This document shows positions 26,841 to 34,385 of a DNA stretch of 64,000 nt, piece by piece (the first letter of the stretch is position 1; each line of letters opens with the position of its first letter). The DNA comes from Gammaproteobacteria bacterium. Lineage in GTDB: Bacteria; Pseudomonadota; Gammaproteobacteria; Steroidobacterales; Woeseiaceae. A model generated the notes under the pieces. That model saw nothing but the letters and a program-made list of their open reading frames with translations. It had not been told where the DNA came from and made no database searches. Location of the stretch: NCBI GenBank assembly GCA_030425905.1, contig JAUHZT010000001.1, forward strand, positions 17,572 through 81,571, in the 5' to 3' direction. A program made the translations under genes and the position numbers.

Positions 26841-27556
26841 GCCCTCGCCTTGCGCGGTGCAAGCCGCGGTCGCTGCTCACCGAGCAGAATAGCCGGCGGC
26901 ACCGGGCCCATGATCTCGGCCGCCGCAATAGCCGCCGGAGCGCCTGCTTTGACCGCGGCCCGGTCAGTGCGCAGGACTCGATAGCTTTGCGGGATGGCAA
27001 ATAATGAACGCAGCACTGCAGAGCAACGCTCGATCTGCCGGAAGCTCTGCTCTTCGCTGAGCAGCCCGACATGGCGCGCCGTCAGAATCGTACGCACCGC
27101 GGCATCGAACTCGGCCACGAGTTGCGCACCACGATAGGCGTAAGGATTGATGAAGCGCAGTTTGATGCGGTAGGGCCGCTCCGAGGTGGCGATGTCGATC
27201 TCGAGCGCGGGCTGCGCCCGCAGGTAACGTCGGATCTTGGTGGCCATCGTTTCCAGCCGGTGCTGCACAAGATCGATCGCATCGTCGATCTTGATCAGCC
27301 ACCAGTCAGCCCAGGGATCATCAGCCCTAGACGCATTCCAGATACTGCGCAGCTGATCGGCGAAGGCCAGCAGACCCATGATCGCTGGTGTGTTGGCCGT
27401 CGCCGAACGGCCCAGCACCACCAGTCGTGCGTAGCGGGATTGCGTGGTCAAAGACACCGCGTGGCGCAGCGGGCCCGGCACACCGTCGGTGGTCGCCGCC
27501 GGCGGGCCGAAGTTGTCAGCCGACAGTCGAAAGGGCGTGGCGTGCTGGGTCATCAT
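26837..27556 (-). CDS. ICE protein, PFL_4669 (TIGR03761) type
   Basis: 239 aa. ...SRADDPWADWWLIKIDDAI... fits my recollection of the family. Conserved position. Confidence 0.7.
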   Translation of the reverse strand: MMTQHATPFRLSADNFGPPAATTDGVPGPLRHAVSLTTQSRYARLVVLGRSATANTPAIMGLLAFADQLRSIWNASRADDPWADWWLIKIDDAIDLVQHRLETMATKIRRYLRAQPALEIDIATSERPYRIKLRFINPYAYRGAQLVAEFDAAVRTILTARHVGLLSEEQSFRQIERCSAVLRSLFAIPQSYRVLRTDRAAVKAGAPAAIAAAEIMGPVPPAILLGEQRPRLAPRKARA

Positions 27557-27805
27557 GGAATGCGCCGGTCATTGGGTTGGCGCTATGAACCCATATTGTG
27601 GGCCCGAGCCACAACGAAAAGGGGCGACCGATCAGCGTGTGACTTATTGGGCCTGGCGGCGCGTACCGGTCCCGCAGCTGTCTACAGTGTAGACAGCTGC
27701 GGGATTGGCATGCGCTGCAAGTTTCACTGGCGCTGCGTGCTTCGCTGGCGATGCGCGTTTGGTCCGCAGGGCGGGTTTTATTGGCGGTCCGTTGGCAGTC
27801 GACCG

Positions 27806-28363
27806 TCAGACCGAGAGCGTCGACAATTCGTGTGTGGCGGCATCGCGCACGCGCCGCACGGAATGCATCGCAAGGTCTTCGAGGTAAGACGCATAGCCAG
27901 GATCGAGGAAGATCGTGTCGGCCACCGGCAGCCGAGTTGGGTGCAGCGCGTAGGCCATGCCCACCTTTCGGCCACCACCGTGCCAGGCGGTCGCGCAGAC
28001 GGACAAGTAGCGCCGGCAACGCAGCATCGCCAGGGCGGTTGCAATCGTGTCGCGCGTCGCAATGCGGGTGCTGCGGGCCAGCTCGGTATTGCTCGGCAAG
28101 GTCCGCTCCCCGGGACCCTGGTCATGCCGGATTCTCAGCGTCATCCAGAGCACTTTGTCAACAGGCGACAGCGCCGTATCCTCGATCAATGCCACCGGCA
28201 GGATCGATGCCTCCGGCGCCAAGAACAACAGCGGACTTGTCGCGCTGCCGGCAACGCGTTTTCGCCGCCTGAGCGCCAGTCGCACCAATTGTTTCAGATC
28301 CTGGGTTTCGGTTTTCAGGACAACCGATGGCAGCTCGTTCGGCCGTCCGCGCTCAGTGATCAT
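27806..28363 (-). CDS. STY4528-type pathogenicity-island/ICE replication protein
   Basis: Internal start MITERGRPNELPSV at 28363. The upstream part of the ORF-track ORF is Arg/Pro-rich and overlaps the previous gene. Confidence 0.65.
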   Translation of the reverse strand: MITERGRPNELPSVVLKTETQDLKQLVRLALRRRKRVAGSATSPLLFLAPEASILPVALIEDTALSPVDKVLWMTLRIRHDQGPGERTLPSNTELARSTRIATRDTIATALAMLRCRRYLSVCATAWHGGGRKVGMAYALHPTRLPVADTIFLDPGYASYLEDLAMHSVRRVRDAATHELSTLSV

Positions 28364-28934
28364 TGCGCATCGTCGGCACGGTACCGTAGTCGACCCAGCG
28401 CCGGGTCTGGGTCCAGATGGTTCGCAAGGAAATCCCGGTTTCATCCTGGATGGGCAAATACTCCTCGCGCCGCAAGCGCTGCTCGTCCCTGCCCTTGGTG
28501 CGCGCTTTCCATGCCTCCCACAGGGTTTGGATTTCGTCCTCGCTCGGTTCGGGCGGCCGTCCCTGGACCGTTTTGACCATGAACATGCGTCGCAGGCGAA
28601 CATACTCACGCGCACCGGTGCCAAAGAGCTCCTCCATCATCTCGGCGGACGCATCGGCAGCGATCATGTCCTTTTGCAGTTCACCGCTCACGCGCCACTC
28701 ACGCAGGCGCCCGATCGCCGCCCAGAAGTTCTCCCGATCCAGGGTGACTGTCAGGCAATGCGAGTGCAATGTATCGAGTCGACCGAGATCGCTGAATTGC
28801 ATGTCTTTGAGTGCCTCGACTTCACGCGGCCCAAAATTGAGGCTGCGTAGCGCCGGCTGATCACCTTCGGCCAGGCAGCGCACAGCGTACAGAAACAGCG
28901 CGGCGGTCAATTCCGCTTCTTTGTTGCTCCTCAT
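28353..28934 (-). CDS. DUF2857-like ICE protein
   Basis: ATG at 28934 gives an ATGA overlap with the parB-like stop. About 193 aa. Conserved position after ParB. Confidence 0.65.
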   Translation of the reverse strand: MRSNKEAELTAALFLYAVRCLAEGDQPALRSLNFGPREVEALKDMQFSDLGRLDTLHSHCLTVTLDRENFWAAIGRLREWRVSGELQKDMIAADASAEMMEELFGTGAREYVRLRRMFMVKTVQGRPPEPSEDEIQTLWEAWKARTKGRDEQRLRREEYLPIQDETGISLRTIWTQTRRWVDYGTVPTMRNDH

Positions 28935-30553
28935 GATGATGTCCTCCACAACGGGGTTTGGGTCTCTCTTGCGGCGCGATGTAACTCACGGTAGTTGTGT
29001 GCCAGGCACAGCCAGTGGCACCACGCCTCATGGTGAATCCGTTCCCAGAAGCCCCGGCCAATTCCTGCCGTGTCGGGCAACGGCACCCGCTCAGCGAGCT
29101 GTGTGGCGTCATCCTCCATCAGCGCGACGGTAAAATCGTTATCGCTCGAAGCCGCGTCGAGCGCCGCCGATGGTGCCTCGGCCATGTCGGCGAAAACAAA
29201 GAGCTGCCACCACAAGGCCAAAACCTCGGTTCGCAACCCCGCATCGAGCTGTTCGATGACGTCGCCGGGCGGGAGTCCGCACACCAGGTAGCCCAGTCCG
29301 TTGTCTGGGAGCGGCGCGACCAGGGATCCAATGCCGTGGCCTTCGGCGAGGTGCCTGGCCAGCTCGAAGGCGGTCTCGCGCAACAGGGCCAGCGGCACGA
29401 GCCCCTTAGGCGGCGACACGATGCGCTGTAACACGGCATGGATATCGGCCTGCGGGGGAAGCTCTACGGAAATCTCGTGGCCGTCCGGGGCCAACTCCAC
29501 TTGCTGCCCTGGCGGGTTGTGATCGGCGTCGTCGGATTGCCCCGTACCGCTCGTCTTAACGGCATCGTTGACGCTCTGCGTCAGAGCCCGGTGTTCAGCA
29601 GCCGATACGACATCGGGCTCGTCCCGGCGGGACATTGGCGGGTTCACATTCGTAGTTGTTTCATCGCGTACGAATTGCGGAATCTGAGGCTCAGTCCCTT
29701 CGAGCCGACAATCGAATTCCATGCGCACCCGCTGAATCCGAATCTCGGCGGCTTCTGCGATCTCGGTCTCGATGGCCTGGCGCAGCAAATCGAACACCCA
29801 GTCCTCGTGATCGTGCCGCCGGCACAAGGCCTCGAAGACTGCTTGAAATTCTGCGTCCTCGCCCGACTCGCACAGGCGCCAGACCTCCTGCCCGACGCGT
29901 TGCAGACCGCGAATGCGCTGCACCTGCGGCCGCCCAAGTCCAGCGCCGAGTGCGCGCGGCAGGACGGGCAGCAACACCGAGACGGCGTAGCCCATCACCG
30001 AAATCAGGGAGCGGCTGGCGAAGTAGCCGTGCTCCTTGAGGAAATGCGCCAACTGGCGATTGGAGAGGCTTTCGACCTCGAGTTCAGCCGCGACCAGCCG
30101 CTGAATCTCGGCCACCGCGCGCGCCCGGTCAATGAAAATTAAGGCCCCACGCAGCTCGTTCTCGCGAAGATGAGCGAGCAAGACGGCCGATTCGCACTCC
30201 CAGTCAACGAACAGGCAGTCGACCCACAAGAACCGCTCCTCGCCGGTGCACTCGTGCAATTCCTTGAGCGCTTGCAATCGGCTGTTGCCGCCCGCCTGCA
30301 CAATATAGTCCTCGTCGCCAGGCCGGCGAGTCACGCGCAGTGCCTGGTCCAGGCCAGTGGCGCGAATTGAGGCCTTGATGCGGTCGTATTCCGGATTGGC
30401 GCTGTGGCGCGGATTGCGCTCGTACGGGCTTATCCGCGTCACGTTGAGACGCAGTGCCCGAAGTGCATCGTTTCCTTTCTGCTCCGGCGGCGCAGTTTTA
30501 CGGGTCCGTTTCTTATTGGACTTATTGGTCCTCGCCATCGTCGTCGTATCCAT
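28931..30553 (-). CDS. ParB-family protein, PFGI-1 class (TIGR03764 type)
   Basis: ParB N-terminal domain: ISPYERNPRHSANPEYDRIKASIRATGLDQALRVTRRPGDEDYIVQAGGNSRLQALKEL. Start taken at MDTTTMARTNK. Confidence 0.85.
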   Translation of the reverse strand: MDTTTMARTNKSNKKRTRKTAPPEQKGNDALRALRLNVTRISPYERNPRHSANPEYDRIKASIRATGLDQALRVTRRPGDEDYIVQAGGNSRLQALKELHECTGEERFLWVDCLFVDWECESAVLLAHLRENELRGALIFIDRARAVAEIQRLVAAELEVESLSNRQLAHFLKEHGYFASRSLISVMGYAVSVLLPVLPRALGAGLGRPQVQRIRGLQRVGQEVWRLCESGEDAEFQAVFEALCRRHDHEDWVFDLLRQAIETEIAEAAEIRIQRVRMEFDCRLEGTEPQIPQFVRDETTTNVNPPMSRRDEPDVVSAAEHRALTQSVNDAVKTSGTGQSDDADHNPPGQQVELAPDGHEISVELPPQADIHAVLQRIVSPPKGLVPLALLRETAFELARHLAEGHGIGSLVAPLPDNGLGYLVCGLPPGDVIEQLDAGLRTEVLALWWQLFVFADMAEAPSAALDAASSDNDFTVALMEDDATQLAERVPLPDTAGIGRGFWERIHHEAWCHWLCLAHNYRELHRAARETQTPLWRTSS

Positions 30554-30879
30554 CGCTAGGCCTGCCCAGGTGTTCGGTCCAAATCGGGCCGAACCGGTGC
30601 AGGCAGCTAATCTCACCGCTACTGCCGCGTGAAGAGAAAAACGCTGCACAATTACGCGGGGCTTTGCTAATTCAATCAGTTATCCTGCCAGACTTGCTCC
30701 ATTAGCCATATTTGGGCTACTTTAAACATATAGAAGCCAACAAAGTACACCAAATATCGCGATAAATAACCTTATTTGGGAATTTTTCCCCTTTTTTGGT
30801 ATGCTTCTGACACCAAAGGCCGACAGGCATAGATTGCGCCGTGTTGAAAAGCGAACGAATCTCGGGAACGCCATGAATA

Positions 30880-31269
30880 ATGAGATCGATACTGTCGATG
30901 TTTGAACAGACGCAATCCTCGGTCTTGATTAACTGGCTCAACCATGAGGAAGTGGATGAGCCGCTGGACATTCGTGCAATCCTGGAAACGTGCAAGTTTT
31001 TGCCAACGGTAGTCACCCAGGCAAGTTTAACGATGGTCGTCGAGCGCCTTGTTGATCAGGAACTCTTGAGTTCGTTGACCAGCGACGTATCCTGCCCAAA
31101 CAGCTCAAGTGAGTGGGACGGGCGTAGAGAGCGGCGCGAAGCAGCGCTGTCTCGCTACCTCGGTCAGGTACTGATTTGCGTATTCATCAGATTGCCGGGC
31201 ATTCACTACACGATCGAGATTGACCCGCAGAAACGGAGCGTCATTCACTGTGAATGGCAGGAAATCTGA
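30880..31269 (+). CDS. Hypothetical protein (129 aa) in the AT-rich junction region
   Basis: Only the ORF and a plausible amino-acid composition support it. No family recognised. Competes with the antisense ORF 30717-31016. Confidence 0.35.
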   Translation: MRSILSMFEQTQSSVLINWLNHEEVDEPLDIRAILETCKFLPTVVTQASLTMVVERLVDQELLSSLTSDVSCPNSSSEWDGRRERREAALSRYLGQVLICVFIRLPGIHYTIEIDPQKRSVIHCEWQEI

Positions 31270-31778
31270 CGCCTCCTATCAACTGTTTGAGTTCGCCGCC
31301 ACCAAACCTGGTTCGCAACGATTTAGTACAAAAAAGGAGGTCAATATCAATAATCATATCGTAGATATTGGTTTCCGACATCGTGACAGTGGACATCATC
31401 GGGGCGAGGGAAATTGGCGAACAAGTTTGCATGCCTCGTAATTCGGTCATATTTACCCGGAGCGTCCCAAACACGGTTCGTACGGAAGCGATCTCAACGA
31501 CATGCTCAAAACTAGCATCGGCGATGCGCTTTGAGAACCTGTCAGTCGTATGCTCGCGCGTGCTTGAAAACCCATCGACATCGCGGCTGATTTGTTCGGC
31601 CAATACGCAATCCAGATTGCCGATAAGGATTGGTGGGACAAGGTCGGCATTAAACCACCCAGTAAGGCACCATGTATTTACCTGGGCTACCGGGGGAGTT
31701 TCGCCAGTTCCTCCTCGAGAACGACGAGAAAAATTAGCGCTTGCCGAACTACGGTTTCCGTCAGCCGGGAGGGCCGTC

Positions 31779-32267
31779 TCAACGGTAGGATTGGAAGACG
31801 GTCGCCTCTCCATCGGTACCTATCAGCAGTACGTCGTACGGATCGACGAATCCCCCGTAGATGGACCCATCCATGCCCGGCGAACCACGGGGCATGTCAG
31901 GAACAGACAGGCCGACCGCATCCGGTCGTTCGTGCAGCAAGCGATGGATCTCCTTCGCCGGCACGTGGCCTTCGATCGCGTAGCCGTTGATCTCGCCCGT
32001 ATGACAGGCGCTGAAGCGGTCAGGCATGCCCAGGCGCGTCTGCGCGTCGCTGTTACCCTCGTCCAAGGCTATCGCCGAGAAGCCGTTCGCCTCGAGATGA
32101 GTAATCCAGTCATCGCAGCAGTCACATCTCGAGTTCTTGTAGACCTTGATCGGCAATCCCTTCGCCTCTAACAGACGGGGACTGACGAAGCTCGCTACCG
32201 TTCCGAGAGCGAGCGCGCCGACCACGCGGCGGCGAATTGGGTTCACATCTTGGTCCTTGTTCATCAT
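31779..32267 (-). CDS. DUF411 (CopG-like) periplasmic metal-binding protein with Tat-like signal
   Basis: MMNKDQDVNPIRRRVVGALALG (RRR plus hydrophobic stretch). Cys cluster NSRCDCCDDW. ...FSACHTGEINGYAIEGHVPA is typical of DUF411. Confidence 0.8.
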   Translation of the reverse strand: MMNKDQDVNPIRRRVVGALALGTVASFVSPRLLEAKGLPIKVYKNSRCDCCDDWITHLEANGFSAIALDEGNSDAQTRLGMPDRFSACHTGEINGYAIEGHVPAKEIHRLLHERPDAVGLSVPDMPRGSPGMDGSIYGGFVDPYDVLLIGTDGEATVFQSYR

Positions 32268-32485
32268 TCGGCTCCGATAACGAAAGGTCAAAGGCTCTCA
32301 AGCATTGGCGGGTTTTGCAATCGACGAGTGCCCGATTTTCGCTGTGAAGATCTCGCGGACGCCGTCAATTTAACGTATGTCGGGGTTTTAAGTTCAGCTG
32401 GACCAAAAGTCACTTAAGGCCCAGTGACAAGGAAGCTGTTATGAGCGGTCATTTGAGTGCTCAATATCCCGGCCAGACTACGGTG

Positions 32486-32496
32486 CCCCCCCCCCC
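32486..32496. repeat. C11 homopolymer tract
   Basis: Eleven consecutive C counted at 32486-32496, in the 408-bp spacer between the methyltransferase stop and the DUF411 start. Confidence 0.95.
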
Positions 32497-32699
32497 GGCT
32501 CGCCACTCTTGTCTAGTGCACACCTGCATTCAGATCATGATCGATATCAGGCCACCTAATTTGTAATACATTGTTTTTCATACGATAACCTTCGATCTTC
32601 GACGACACCGATTTAGGCCGCTCAACCACAATCGGTCCGGTCACCGTCGAAACGGGTCACGAAACCTGGCTGGATTTCATACCTCTTTGATACCAGCAA

Positions 32700-33332
32700 T
32701 CACGTTTGTGCCGGTGACTCGAAATAGGCGACGACAAAGCCTACCGGAATGAGGCCCGACAGCAATTCGAACTTTGTTATCCGCAAACCGTTCTCCTCGA
32801 AAGCATCGCGGAGCGAGTGCCCGGTGAAACGGCGATGTCCCGGAAAACCGCTTAGTGCAAGAAGCCGAGAAACCAGCCAGGAAGACTTGGTCTGATCATG
32901 ACAAAACGTCGGGGCGACCAGGATAGCGCCAGGTGCCGCCACCTTTCGAATTGCACTAAGTGCCTCAGGTAGATCCGGGACCAGGTGTAACACATTGGCG
33001 GCGACGACAGCGTCAAACTCGCCTTCTGGATAATGAAGTGCATAGATATCAGCCTGCTCGCACGTCACGTTCTTAAGCCCTGCACCCCGAACACGCTCCT
33101 CCAGTGCCTCCACCATAGCCACCGCGTAGTCGGTGGCAACGACGGAGTCGCTCGTCTGGGCAATGGCCGAAGTAACGATGCCTGTGCCTGCTGCGACTTC
33201 CAACACCCTTGCCTTACCGCGAACGGCCTCGCTGGCAAACTCCAACATCCGCGTCAGCGGCCGTCCAAGCACCCAACGCAGTGATGCATCATAATTTCGC
33301 GCGTGTCGCTCCCAGTAGCCTTTGTCACTCAT
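32700..33332 (-). CDS. Class I SAM-dependent methyltransferase
   Basis: Motif I VLEVAAGTGIVT and a Methyltransf_11/25-like layout. Start MSDKGYWERH at 33332 overlaps the CDF stop by 8 nt. Confidence 0.8.
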   Translation of the reverse strand: MSDKGYWERHARNYDASLRWVLGRPLTRMLEFASEAVRGKARVLEVAAGTGIVTSAIAQTSDSVVATDYAVAMVEALEERVRGAGLKNVTCEQADIYALHYPEGEFDAVVAANVLHLVPDLPEALSAIRKVAAPGAILVAPTFCHDQTKSSWLVSRLLALSGFPGHRRFTGHSLRDAFEENGLRITKFELLSGLIPVGFVVAYFESPAQT

Positions 33333-33927
33333 CGGCTTCTGACCTGGCATCTCGTAGTATCTCGATCGCTTCTTTGATGACATAGAGACCAATCAACGTG
33401 CCGATTACGAAATCGGGGTACGGCACGCGGAGCCAGAGTACCAACAGACCAGCGAGGATCACTCCCAGGTTCGCGACCACATCTGCGCGCGTAAAGAGCC
33501 ACGTCGCTCGCAAGTGCACTTCTCCCGATTTCATGGGCGCCAGCAATCGCAATACGACGAGATTGACGATCAACGACAGCAGCGCAGTGCCGATCATCCA
33601 GCCGCTTAGAGGTTCGGCGCCAATAGCCACGCGTCGACCAACCTCGACGAGCACCGCGACGCCGAGCAATAGCAGCAGGCTGCCACTCAGGTAAGCGGCA
33701 TTGATCTTGAAACGAGCGGACCGTCCAATCGCCAGGAGACCGATTGAATAGGCGGTGGCATCCGACAACATATCCAGCGCATCAGCCAAGAGTCCAGTGG
33801 ACTGGGCGATCCAGCCCGCGACACCGCCGATAACAGCCATCGCTGCATTAAGCGTCAGGGCGATAATTAGTATGCGCCGCTCCTGCGCATTGACCGTTGC
33901 GGGAGGACCGCAGCCACAATCGCTCAT
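33325..33927 (-). CDS. Short cation diffusion facilitator (CDF) transporter, membrane domain only
   Basis: 200 aa with 6 hydrophobic helices. TM2 motif LLADALDMLSDA and TM5 FTRADVVANLG. Cys-rich N-terminus MSDCGCGPP. No C-terminal cytoplasmic domain. Confidence 0.8.
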   Translation of the reverse strand: MSDCGCGPPATVNAQERRILIIALTLNAAMAVIGGVAGWIAQSTGLLADALDMLSDATAYSIGLLAIGRSARFKINAAYLSGSLLLLLGVAVLVEVGRRVAIGAEPLSGWMIGTALLSLIVNLVVLRLLAPMKSGEVHLRATWLFTRADVVANLGVILAGLLVLWLRVPYPDFVIGTLIGLYVIKEAIEILRDARSEADE

Positions 33928-34061
33928 TGCACTGGCACCTTCGCCGGCTGATCACGTGCCTCAACCCGCTCATAGATGAATGGCAGTAGGACAACTGTGA
34001 GAAACCCAAAGCGCAGCGCTGGCATCAAAAGCCTCTGTTGTGTGTTCACCGCCTTCCCAGA

Positions 34062-34385
34062 TCAACCCGTGATTTCAATGGCAGACTTGATGTCGCTGAC
34101 GTAGATCCATCCTGCGGATGATTGCCCCGTCTTACCGTGTTCGCGAATAATCGCCACCGCCTCGGCGGTCTGGGTTTCGGTTTCGCAGACCAGCTCAAGC
34201 TTCACTTCGGTCACCACTTTCTGACCAATCTCCACAGAGTAGTGTTGCTCTTTGCTGTCCAATGATTTGAGCAATCCTTGCACGTCAATGACTGTCAGGT
34301 TCTTAAATCCCGCATTGGTGAGCTCACTGACGACATCCGCCACACGACTTCGATGTATGTAGGTTTTGACTTCACTCAGGCTCAC
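34062..34385 (-). CDS. P-II (GlnB)-like small protein coupled to czcA, copy 1
   Basis: GTG at 34385 forms a GTGA overlap with the czcA stop. (V)SLSEVKTYIHRSRVADVVSEL...LTVIDVQG... follows a P-II-like beta-alpha-beta pattern. Clear paralogue of 48378-48701. Confidence 0.75.
   Translation of the reverse strand: MSLSEVKTYIHRSRVADVVSELTNAGFKNLTVIDVQGLLKSLDSKEQHYSVEIGQKVVTEVKLELVCETETQTAEAVAIIREHGKTGQSSAGWIYVSDIKSAIEITG

Larger units (their letters stand above)
1..30553 (-). mobile_element. Partial ICE backbone of the PFGI-1/pKLC102/ICEclc type (mating-pair formation plus maintenance/partition genes); ends, relaxase and terminal integrase not in window
   Basis: Colinear minus-strand set, right to left: ParB-like, DUF2857-like, STY4528-like, PFL_4669-like, ParM-like, DUF3577-like, RadC, PilL-like, PFL_4693-like, SLT, PFL_4695-like, TraD, PFL_4697-like, RAQPRD, PFL_4701/4702-like, TIGR03750/46/49/52/51-like, TraC ATPase, PFL_4709-like. 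Many ATGA/GTGA start-stop overlaps. Families assigned by eye from translations and known gene order. Confidence 0.85.

Noticed and set aside
27071-28576. 501-aa plus-strand ORF
   Set aside because: It is antisense to the PFL_4669-like and STY4528-like genes. It is extremely Arg-rich and has no motifs.
30717-31016. 99-aa minus-strand ORF in the AT-rich junction
   Set aside because: It overlaps the 30880-31269 ORF antisense. It has no upstream signals or family resemblance, and at most one of the two can be real.
31368-32171. 267-aa plus-strand ORF
   Set aside because: Its second half is antisense to the confidently recognised DUF411 gene (31779-32267). The first half has no support beyond being open.
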